Shown one piece after another: positions 7,259-14,550 of a DNA stretch of 14,550 nucleotides. This DNA is from an uncultured archaeon (lineage in GTDB: Archaea > Asgardarchaeota > Lokiarchaeia > Sigyniarchaeales > SOKP01): assembly GCA_964493715.1 (NCBI GenBank), contig CAZBPC010000086.1, positions 1 through 14,550 on the forward strand, in the 5' to 3' direction. Position 1 is the stretch's first letter; each line of letters starts with the position of its first letter. A program made the translations under genes and the position numbers. The notes below the pieces were generated by a model. The model was not told the DNA's origin and did not search any database. It saw nothing but the letters and a program-made list of their open reading frames with translations.

Positions 7259-8170
7259 ATGGAAAACGATAATTTAGATGATAATATAAATCCCGAAGAA
7301 CAAAATATTAAAGATAACGAAGATGATTTTTCTATTGATTTTACAACAAGTTCTGCAATAAGTAGTGTTGGAATCAAGTTTCTTATCCTATATATACCAA
7401 TTTTTTGGTTCAGTGGGCTTGTAGTTGCGACTTTTTGGTATGGATATGCTGCTGGAACGACGAATTGGATAATAAAGCTGTTATATCTACCTTTGTTTTT
7501 GTTATCTCTGATGTTTCTTTTCATTTTCACGAGTTTCTTCTTTTGTAAACTGTTGTTAATTTTAATAAATTTGATGTGTGTTCCAAAAGAAGGTATTTTT
7601 CGGATTGATACTAAAGATCCAAATTTCGAATTCTGGAAATTGAGAATCGAATTGAAAAAAATTGTGTTATGGTTCTTACGAAATTGGCCTTTACCATGGC
7701 TAGATGTGCTAGCTTTTCGCTTTTTTGGGGTAAAAATAGACTTTTCAAGCCACCTTAATGATGCATGGGTAGATTGTGAATTCATCGAATTCGGTAAGAA
7801 TATAACTGTAGGTCAAGGGGCCGTTTTGATGAGTTCCATGGTAGTTGGCAATTATTTAATTATAAAAAAGATAACTCTGGATGATTTTTCCTTAATTGGA
7901 GGTCAAAGCACGATCGCTCCAGGAACTCACTTTGGAAAAGACACCGTTTTAGGAGCGGTATCTGTCACCACGCTAAACCAAATTTTAGAAGATGGATGGA
8001 TTTATGGGAGTATTCCAGCTCGCAAGTTGAAGCTTAATAAATATGCCGAAGAACGCACGGCTTCTATCCATAAAGTAGATGTTGATGGAGAAGAGAAGGT
8101 TGAGGTTGAACATGATATTAATATTGATGAAGATAAAAGAAAATTTCTAAGGAGGAGTTCTAAAGAATGA
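7259..8170 (+). CDS. Membrane-anchored LbH acyltransferase-like protein, module B (copy 1)
   Basis: Two TM segments, PKEGIF...FWKLR, FFGVKID, and hexapeptide repeats (FGKNITVGQGA, IAPGTHFGKDTVLGA, WIYGSIPA). Homologous to the C-terminal half of 9652..11553. Confidence 0.8.
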   Translation: MENDNLDDNINPEEQNIKDNEDDFSIDFTTSSAISSVGIKFLILYIPIFWFSGLVVATFWYGYAAGTTNWIIKLLYLPLFLLSLMFLFIFTSFFFCKLLLILINLMCVPKEGIFRIDTKDPNFEFWKLRIELKKIVLWFLRNWPLPWLDVLAFRFFGVKIDFSSHLNDAWVDCEFIEFGKNITVGQGAVLMSSMVVGNYLIIKKITLDDFSLIGGQSTIAPGTHFGKDTVLGAVSVTTLNQILEDGWIYGSIPARKLKLNKYAEERTASIHKVDVDGEEKVEVEHDINIDEDKRKFLRRSSKE

Positions 8171-9105
8171 GTGTACCAAATTCTATGCGCGTGGGTCCAT
8201 TTTGTGCTTCTGTTTTGGTAAAAAGGAAATATTTAATCTTGTACATCTTCTTGATATGGGTAACCATACTTCCGGGATTATTAGAACTATGGGCATATTG
8301 GCAAGTATTATGGAATGATGTAAGACCACTCCATTTTTATGTATATTTACCTCTCTTATTAATTGCGATTTATATTACAACTGTATTTGCGGCGATCATT
8401 TCTACAAAAATAGCATTAATGTTTATAAACATCTTACATAAACCAAAAGAAGGAGTATTTCTAAGAGATCGTTCAGATAGAGATTATAGATATTGGAGCC
8501 TCAGAAATACAATAAAAAAATGGCCTACGTGGCTTTCTCATAAATTCCCCTTCCCTTTTTTAGACAATCTCTGTTTTAAAGCATTTGGTGTACGAACTAC
8601 CTTTTCAAATTCCTTATTCGAGGGCTGGGTTGATACGGAATTTGTTACATTTGGCAAGAACGTGGTTTGCGGGCAAGGTGCAATCATTCAATCCAGTGTC
8701 ATAATTGGCAATTTTTTGATAATAAGAAAAACCGTAATTGAGGATAATGTCCGGATAGGAGCACATGTAATAATTATGCCGGGCACTCACATTGGGAAAA
8801 ATTCCATCTTGAATACATGGTCCTCTACGATGGTAGGACAAGAATTAGAAGAAGGATGGATATATAATGGGGGTCCTGCTAAAAAATTTAAAAAAAACAG
8901 GTTTTTCGAAGACATTCCGATCGAAAAGCTTACTCGTGAAGTAGGAGATTATGAAGGATTATTGAAAAAATATGATGAGCAATACGTTAAACGGGAAGTG
9001 AAAAAACGTCATCTATTAGAAAAAACCATAAAACCCCCTCTCCACTTAAGAGATAGATTACATTTAGGAAAAGATAAAGATAATGATACTGATGATGAAA
9101 ATTGA
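8167..9105 (+). CDS. Membrane-anchored LbH acyltransferase-like protein, module C (copy 1)
   Basis: ATGA overlap with module B and an SD-like AGGAGG at 8150-8155. Two TM segments, PKEGVF..DYRYW, and hexapeptide repeats (FGKNVVCGQGA, IEDNVRIGAH, IMPGTHIGKNSIL, WIYNGGPAK). Confidence 0.8.
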   Translation: MSVPNSMRVGPFCASVLVKRKYLILYIFLIWVTILPGLLELWAYWQVLWNDVRPLHFYVYLPLLLIAIYITTVFAAIISTKIALMFINILHKPKEGVFLRDRSDRDYRYWSLRNTIKKWPTWLSHKFPFPFLDNLCFKAFGVRTTFSNSLFEGWVDTEFVTFGKNVVCGQGAIIQSSVIIGNFLIIRKTVIEDNVRIGAHVIIMPGTHIGKNSILNTWSSTMVGQELEEGWIYNGGPAKKFKKNRFFEDIPIEKLTREVGDYEGLLKKYDEQYVKREVKKRHLLEKTIKPPLHLRDRLHLGKDKDNDTDDEN

Positions 9106-9123
9106 AATATTTACCCTTAATAT

Positions 9124-9516
9124 TCAAATATCTATTTTAAATTGATCTTTCAGGTATTTCATAATTTCTAAGCAGGTTTTTTTGATTTTACTTTTGTCAG
9201 GGTATATTAGATATGGTTTTGGGCAGTCTCCATCAAACATACATTCATTTTCTTTCAAGTCATAAATTAAGGGATAAAATTTGCATCCTTGAGGCCTATT
9301 TTCATAAATATTGCACTTTTTGGTAGTCTCATCATAAAAATAGCAATGATGTTCCTTATTTCTTAATTGTATATAACCGTCTCTTCCAATATAACAAAAA
9401 TCTCCTTGTTTTAAATCTCCCTTGAACTCTTTTATAATTCGTTGTATATCTTCTTGAGATAGTATCATTTCCGTTTCTAAGCAGCATTTTCCGCAATCAA
9501 AACAAACTTTAGTCAT
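9124..9516 (-). CDS. YkgJ-family cysteine-cluster (CxxCxxCC) putative Fe-S/Zn protein
   Basis: CFDCGKCC at the N-terminus, then CYFYD...KCNIYENRPQGCKFYP, and an extra C...CP. Confidence 0.88.
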   Translation of the reverse strand: MTKVCFDCGKCCLETEMILSQEDIQRIIKEFKGDLKQGDFCYIGRDGYIQLRNKEHHCYFYDETTKKCNIYENRPQGCKFYPLIYDLKENECMFDGDCPKPYLIYPDKSKIKKTCLEIMKYLKDQFKIDI

Positions 9517-9651
9517 GATGATGGATAAATTAACTTATTATTTGCTAAATATTTTCTTTTTTTTATTTTATTATTATTTTCTAAGTAGATATATTTTAAA
9601 AACTTAAAACTTTAAGACTAAATATTAGAAACCATTAGTGAAATTATAGAA

Positions 9652-11553
9652 ATGCTGGAAGATTCCCAAGAAAATGATTCAATCGTGATGGACGTTCCTA
9701 AAGATGAAGTATTAAAAGAGGAAATTAACATGCCATTTGGATGGTATACTCTCATTTTCATTATAAATTATTATTTATCTTGGTTATTAGCTGGTTTCAT
9801 TTTTCTGTCATATTTCCTTATTGAATTTATGCCTAATGTTCTCCAAGTCACCTCTTTTATCACTCTTTTCACAAATCCAAAATCAATAGTACCATTATTA
9901 TTAATGCCGTTAATAGTAATAGCTTGTTACGTGATTAGATTGATATTTGTTGGCATTACAACTCGGATTTTGTGGAGAATTTCCGAAAGAATTTCTCCAA
10001 GTAAAGATGGAGTGATTCCAAGAAATATTAAATCTAAGGCAGCAGATTATTACCATCTTCGATCCTTCATGCTAAAGTACGGTAAAAACCTTTTTACCAA
10101 GGGAATGTTCCCATGGCTATCAAACTGGTTCTTTAATTTCGTTGGATCTTCAAAAATTGGTAAAGGAACGACATTAGAAGAGTCTGTTGCGTCAGATAAG
10201 TTTGTAACTGTTGGAAGAAACACGTATATGGGCGTTAATGCAACGTTAGCAAGCCATCTCGTTCAAGGAATCTTTGGGAACATCCAATATTTCAGAATGC
10301 ATGTCGGAGATAATGTAACAATGGCCGCGATGAATCAGATTGGACCTGGGAGTGAGATTATGGATGGTTCATATCTTTTACCTCTTGCATCAACGAATAG
10401 ACACAGCGTTTTAAAGGGAGGGCATAATTACTATTTTGGTATTCCTCTTAGAAAAATATTCACGAAGAAGACAATGAATTATTTAGGAATTACAGAAGAA
10501 GATTTGGAAAAAAATGAGAATATGGAAGAGTATTTAAAAAAAATCAAATTAAATCCTCCTAAAAAACAGAAAAAGGACAAAATAATCGAATCCACTAAAA
10601 TCGTCACTACAGAGGTAACAGAAGAACCACAAAAAGAAAAGATAGATGTAGAAAAACTCTCAAAGGAAGATCTCGCCATCGATTTTACAACTTCGAGTGC
10701 AATTAGCAGGATCAATATTAAGTTTCTTATAGTGTACGTCCCAATTTTGTGGTTAGCGGGTTTAATCATCTCAATCTTTTGGTATGAATATACAAAAGGA
10801 GCGTGGGATTTTTCAAATCAAACGAATTTGATCAATTCCATTTTTAAAAATATCAGTACTATTCTCTTTCTACCCGTTGCAATCTTTATCATGATATATC
10901 TCTTCATCTTAGGGGTATTGGTTTTTAGCAAACTACTGTTAATACTCATCAACATGATCCATTTACCAAAAGAAGGTATCTTTTTAGCGGAAGTAGGGAA
11001 CGTAGATTATGATTTTTGGATGTTTCGCACTGAATTAAAGAAAATAGCTTTATGGTTTTTAAGAAATAGCCCTCTACCGTGGGCCGATTTTATTGCTTTG
11101 AAGTGGTTTGGCGTCAATATGGATAGCTCGAGTCATTTATATGATGCATGGTGTGATGTGGATTTTGTTTCTATTGGGAGAAAAGTTCTTATCGGGCAAG
11201 GGGCCACAATCATGTCATCCATGGTGATTGGAAAATATTTGATCATTAAGCGCGTGGTATTTGATGACTATGTCATGGTGGGTGGTCATACTACTATAGC
11301 ACCAGGTACAATCATGGGGCATGATTCTGTCATAGGTGCAATCAGTTCCACTACTTATAAGCGCATTCTTGATCCAAATTATATATACTTTGGAATTCCT
11401 GCCATTCCCTTGAAAGAAAATAAATATGCTGAAGAACGCAGGGATATCGTGGTAAAAAGACTTGTAGATGAATCAAAAAAAGCAGAAGAAACCCATGAAG
11501 TTAATATTGATGAAGATAAAAGGAAATTTATTAAAACCGGAGATGATGAGTGA
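9652..11553 (+). CDS. Fused A+B membrane-anchored double LbH acyltransferase-like protein (copy 2)
   Basis: The N-half matches 6317..7252 (ISPSKDGxIPRNI, YHxRSFMxKYGKN, PWLSNWFFNFVG). The C-half matches 7259..8170 (IDFTTSSAIS, PKEGIF, SSHLxDAW, NIDEDKRKF). A K/E-rich linker joins them. Confidence 0.85.
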   Translation: MLEDSQENDSIVMDVPKDEVLKEEINMPFGWYTLIFIINYYLSWLLAGFIFLSYFLIEFMPNVLQVTSFITLFTNPKSIVPLLLMPLIVIACYVIRLIFVGITTRILWRISERISPSKDGVIPRNIKSKAADYYHLRSFMLKYGKNLFTKGMFPWLSNWFFNFVGSSKIGKGTTLEESVASDKFVTVGRNTYMGVNATLASHLVQGIFGNIQYFRMHVGDNVTMAAMNQIGPGSEIMDGSYLLPLASTNRHSVLKGGHNYYFGIPLRKIFTKKTMNYLGITEEDLEKNENMEEYLKKIKLNPPKKQKKDKIIESTKIVTTEVTEEPQKEKIDVEKLSKEDLAIDFTTSSAISRINIKFLIVYVPILWLAGLIISIFWYEYTKGAWDFSNQTNLINSIFKNISTILFLPVAIFIMIYLFILGVLVFSKLLLILINMIHLPKEGIFLAEVGNVDYDFWMFRTELKKIALWFLRNSPLPWADFIALKWFGVNMDSSSHLYDAWCDVDFVSIGRKVLIGQGATIMSSMVIGKYLIIKRVVFDDYVMVGGHTTIAPGTIMGHDSVIGAISSTTYKRILDPNYIYFGIPAIPLKENKYAEERRDIVVKRLVDESKKAEETHEVNIDEDKRKFIKTGDDE

Positions 11554-11559
11554 ATAATC

Positions 11560-12510
11560 ATGTCAATTCCAAATTCCATGAGGGTTGGCCCTTTTCTCCC
11601 TACAGTTTTAGTAAAAAAAAGATATTTGATTTTTTACATCTTAATAGTGTGGTTAAGTGCAATTCCACTATTTGTTGAATTTTGGGTTTATTATAGATTT
11701 GTTTGGAGTCCGGTTAGACCAATTTTCTTCTTCATATATCTACCCTTATTATTATTACCAATGTATTTGACTTTAGCATTTTTTGGGATGTTCTGGGCTA
11801 AAATTTTCCTAATTATCGTTAATTGGATACATTCTCCACGCGAAGGAGTATTTCTAAGGGATCCTTCTGATCGGGACTATAGATTTTGGTCATTGAGAAA
11901 TACAATAAAGCGATGGCCTTTTTGGGTTTGCCATAGATTTCCTTTCCCTTTTCTTGATAATATATGCTTTAAAGTTTTCAATGTCAAAACTAAGTTCTCT
12001 AATAGCTTGTTCGAAGGATGGGTGGATACGGAATTCATTACATTTGGTAAGAACGTGGTTTGCGGTCAAGGTGCAATTATTCAATCAAGCGTAATAATAG
12101 GTAATCTCTTAATAATTAGAAAAACCATTATAGGAGATGATGTTCGCATTGGATCACATGCAATTGTCATGCCTGGAACTCAGATTGGAAATAGAAGTGT
12201 GCTGGCAGCAAATTCGGTAACCACTGTAGGACAAGTTTTAAAAGATGATTGGATCTACGTGGGCATTCCCTGCAAGGAATTTAAACAAAATTGGTTTTTT
12301 GAAGATAATTTAGAAGATAAATTAGGTGTAGCTGAAGATGTTAGTGCATTATTAGGAAAATATGAAAAAATTATTACTAAGGTTAGATGGACAGAAAATC
12401 TTACTTTAAAAGAACGCAAAGCGATAAAAAGGCAACAAAAAGAAGAAGAAGAACGTCGTTGGGAGCTGAGTAAAGAAATGGATGATGAAAAACAAGAAGA
12501 TATATTCTAA
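11560..12510 (+). CDS. Membrane-anchored LbH acyltransferase-like protein, module C (copy 2)
   Basis: Close paralog of 8167..9105 (MSxPNSMRVGPF, FPFPFLDN, FSNSLFEGWVDTEF, FGKNVVCGQGAIIQSSVIIGN), with a charged C-terminal tail. Confidence 0.85.
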   Translation: MSIPNSMRVGPFLPTVLVKKRYLIFYILIVWLSAIPLFVEFWVYYRFVWSPVRPIFFFIYLPLLLLPMYLTLAFFGMFWAKIFLIIVNWIHSPREGVFLRDPSDRDYRFWSLRNTIKRWPFWVCHRFPFPFLDNICFKVFNVKTKFSNSLFEGWVDTEFITFGKNVVCGQGAIIQSSVIIGNLLIIRKTIIGDDVRIGSHAIVMPGTQIGNRSVLAANSVTTVGQVLKDDWIYVGIPCKEFKQNWFFEDNLEDKLGVAEDVSALLGKYEKIITKVRWTENLTLKERKAIKRQQKEEEERRWELSKEMDDEKQEDIF

Positions 12511-12588
12511 TTATTTATCTCATTAATAGTACAAATAGAGAATTAAAAGAATAAAAAAAGAAATAATAAAGAAAAAAGAATTTATCGT

Positions 12589-12792
12589 TTAACGAGATGA
12601 TACGCGTACACATTGGTCAGATCCATGAACGTTTACTAGTTCCATTCCATTTTTTGTCATGTGTTCTTCGATATATGCGAGAGCACTTGCGTAAAAATCT
12701 TTTTTATCGTACTTTATTGTTGAGGCACCTGATGAAGTCGCGTGACTTAAAGAATGACCGAGTAAATTCAGCACAATGATTTCTACTTTCAT
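12589..12792 (-). CDS. Small hypothetical protein (67 aa), weak DUF4177-like pattern
   Basis: ATG start with AAGGA upstream, and downstream T-tracts on the - strand (about 12540-12580). HMTKNGMELVNV recalls the 'GWELV' motif. It fills an otherwise empty 430 nt gap. Confidence 0.5.
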   Translation of the reverse strand: MKVEIIVLNLLGHSLSHATSSGASTIKYDKKDFYASALAYIEEHMTKNGMELVNVHGSDQCVRVSSR

Positions 12793-12944
12793 TTTTAGTA
12801 ACCGATCCTTTTTGGTGTTTGAATTTTATATGGTAGTTTCAACGATGTCAAATTCTTATATAAATCTATCATTCGAGCAAATGACCTAATGATGAAGTTA
12901 ATTCTGAAACGGATCTTGGGAAAAATTATTAAATTCGAGTAATT

Positions 12945-13652
12945 TTACTTTATAACAAAATACATTCTTCGGTTTTTTGCGCCTTTATTGACTGTTTTGG
13001 TCAACTCAATTGTTCCAATTTCTTTTAAATGGCTTACATGAGTTCCCCCATCAACTTGTTCATCAATATCTCCAATTTTTACTATTCGAAATTCTTGAAG
13101 GTCTTTAGGTAAACCGGCAGCTAAACGAGCAAGCTCTGGTTTCTCCATGACATCCTCAGGAGTCATGTAATCAACAGTTACCGGCAAATCTTGTTGAATG
13201 ATTTTGTTAGCTTCATCAACAAAAGCTTGAAGTTTCTCGGGAGAATAATCATCCATTGAAAAATCCATTCTACTTTTATCCAATTCGATTTGATTACCCG
13301 TAATTTTAGCTTTCGCTTTTCTATACAAGATGTTACTGATCAGATGACAAGCTGTATGATATCTCATGAAAGTAAATCTTCGCTCCCAATTTATTTCACA
13401 AGATACAAAATCTTCTTCATTCAAGCCTGGTTTATCGACTTCATGGCTTATTTCTCCCGAAAATTTACCAACATATACGACCTTGAACTTTTCTCCATTT
13501 TTAGTAATGAATCCCTCATCGCAGGGCTGACCTCCTGATTTTGGATAAAAAGCGGTTTTATCGAGGATTAAGAATTTCCCTTCAGTTACTTTAAGCACTT
13601 TCGCATTCCATTGTTTCAAATAAGAATCATTCATGTATAACGCATTGGTCAT
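12945..13652 (-). CDS. alaXM: Alanyl-tRNA editing protein AlaX-M (free-standing trans-editing domain)
   Basis: LYMNDSYL, ILDKTAFYPKSGGQPCDEG, MRYHTACHL (HxxxH), SRMDF, RIVKIG..DGGTHV and NKGAKNRR. The length of 235 aa is typical of AlaX-M. Confidence 0.92.
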   Translation of the reverse strand: MTNALYMNDSYLKQWNAKVLKVTEGKFLILDKTAFYPKSGGQPCDEGFITKNGEKFKVVYVGKFSGEISHEVDKPGLNEEDFVSCEINWERRFTFMRYHTACHLISNILYRKAKAKITGNQIELDKSRMDFSMDDYSPEKLQAFVDEANKIIQQDLPVTVDYMTPEDVMEKPELARLAAGLPKDLQEFRIVKIGDIDEQVDGGTHVSHLKEIGTIELTKTVNKGAKNRRMYFVIK

Positions 13653-13868
13653 AGTTTAAACAAAGAATGATTTTTTTAAATTGTTATTATATTATCCATA
13701 TTTTTTATTTAATAGGGATCTACCTAGGTTATGAGGCACTAATTATTGATTTGATATATTCAACTTAAATTTAGTTTAGACAAAATTGTAATTTTGATTA
13801 GTCAAATTTAATACATTTTCTATCTATATATCTCATTATATTATATAAAACAATGAAACTTGATTATC

Positions 13869-14550
13869 ATGAATCTAAAAACAAAATTTAGCTTTACTTT
13901 CTCAATAGTTTTACTCCTATTACCGCTCATATCGAATTTTATGATTCCTACTAATATTACTACTAGAATCGCTCAGTTCAATGTGAATGATAATCTAAAG
14001 TCATCTAGTTATTGGATTATAAGTCCAATTTATATCAATGGATCAGCTATAGGAGTTGATGCTCATAATTGGACCTGGGCAGAAAGCCAACCTTGGTGCA
14101 CTGGTAATGGTACATTAATAAACCCTTATCTTCTTGAAAATATTACAATCGATTGTGGAGGTGGAAGTGGGATATTCATAGAGAATTCAGTAAATGTGTA
14201 TTTCATTGTAAAAAACTGTACAATAATGAGTGCTGGAACAAATGGAGGCATTAGACTTATAGAGGTTCAAAATGGTACTATTTTTAATAATAATATTAGT
14301 AATAATTATGTGGGAATGTATCTTGATCAATGCGAAGGTATCAACATAACAAAAAACATAGTATACGATAATATTGGCCAAGGTATTATCTTGCTCCTTA
14401 GTATGTATAATCTCATTATTAATAACACACAAAAAGGTAGTCGATACTACGGTTTGTTCTTACAAGGTCAAAGTAATAATAACACAATAATTGGCAATAA
14501 TTTTACAGAAAACACTCATTCAGTCTATGATGGAGATGGGATTAAAATTA
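13869..14550 (+). CDS. Secreted NosD-like right-handed parallel beta-helix protein (partial, runs off window)
   Basis: Not in the ORF track because there is no stop in the window. Manual translation from ATG 13869 is open to the end: MNLKTKFSFTFSIVLLLLPLIS (signal-peptide-like)...LKSS...PIYINGSAIGVDAHNWTWAESQPWCTGNGTLINPYLLENITID...GIFIENS...GIRL...NNNISNNYVGMYL, with repeated G-I-x-L / N-N-x-I turns. Confidence 0.88.
   Translation, partial: MNLKTKFSFTFSIVLLLLPLISNFMIPTNITTRIAQFNVNDNLKSSSYWIISPIYINGSAIGVDAHNWTWAESQPWCTGNGTLINPYLLENITIDCGGGSGIFIENSVNVYFIVKNCTIMSAGTNGGIRLIEVQNGTIFNNNISNNYVGMYLDQCEGINITKNIVYDNIGQGIILLLSMYNLIINNTQKGSRYYGLFLQGQSNNNTIIGNNFTENTHSVYDGDGIKI

Larger units (their letters stand above)
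6317..12510 (+). repeat. Diverged tandem duplication of a ~2.8 kb three-module unit (6317-9105 and 9652-12510)
   Basis: Colinear protein similarity across all three modules. DNA similarity is visible, for example about 8617-8695 versus about 12010-12088, where differences fall mainly at third codon positions. Confidence 0.9.

Noticed and set aside
7099-7785. 228 aa antisense ORF across the A/B junction, and a 96 aa one at 10479-10769 in the paralogous position
   Set aside because: Both are codon-register shadows of the sense genes, with S/F/K/I-rich composition. Their shared position follows from sense-strand homology and their lengths are not conserved.
12597-12779. 60 aa plus-strand ORF
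   Set aside because: It overlaps the minus-strand 67 aa ORF, which has an ATG start and better flanking signals.
14187-14432. 81 aa minus-strand ORF
   Set aside because: It is antisense to the convincing secreted beta-helix gene starting at 13869.
1-14550. CRISPR arrays, tRNA/rRNA genes, transposases or terminal inverted repeats
   Set aside because: No regularly spaced repeats, GC-rich structured islands or mobile-element motifs were seen. The duplication has no visible flanking repeats.

Overview
AT-rich archaeal chromosomal DNA, most consistent with an Asgard archaeon (Lokiarchaeia/Promethearchaeota). That assignment is an inference from the terminal secreted beta-helix gene, the LITAF-like gene and oligo-T terminators. 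Gene order: LITAF-like double zinc-ribbon membrane protein (+); internally duplicated membrane protein (+); Tubby-C/LURP-one-like protein (-); monomeric-type class II (B12) ribonucleotide reductase with an N-terminal ATP-cone (-); Zn-dependent MDR dehydrogenase (+); a three-gene cluster A-B-C of membrane-anchored left-handed beta-helix (LbH) acyltransferase-like proteins (+); a YkgJ-type CxxCxxCC protein (-); a second paralogous cluster with A and B fused (AB-C) (+); a small ORF (-); an AlaX-M editing protein (-); and a secreted NosD-like beta-helix protein that the ORF track misses and that runs off the right edge (+). The best candidate for an undescribed system is the duplicated three-module membrane LbH cluster. 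Its architecture resembles the C-terminal polymerase region of Pls/PosA-type NRPSs but lacks adenylation and carrier domains. Only one of the three modules keeps the LbH loop histidine, and two gene junctions are in-frame GAG-TGA-N6-ATG. No RNA genes, CRISPR arrays or mobile elements were seen.
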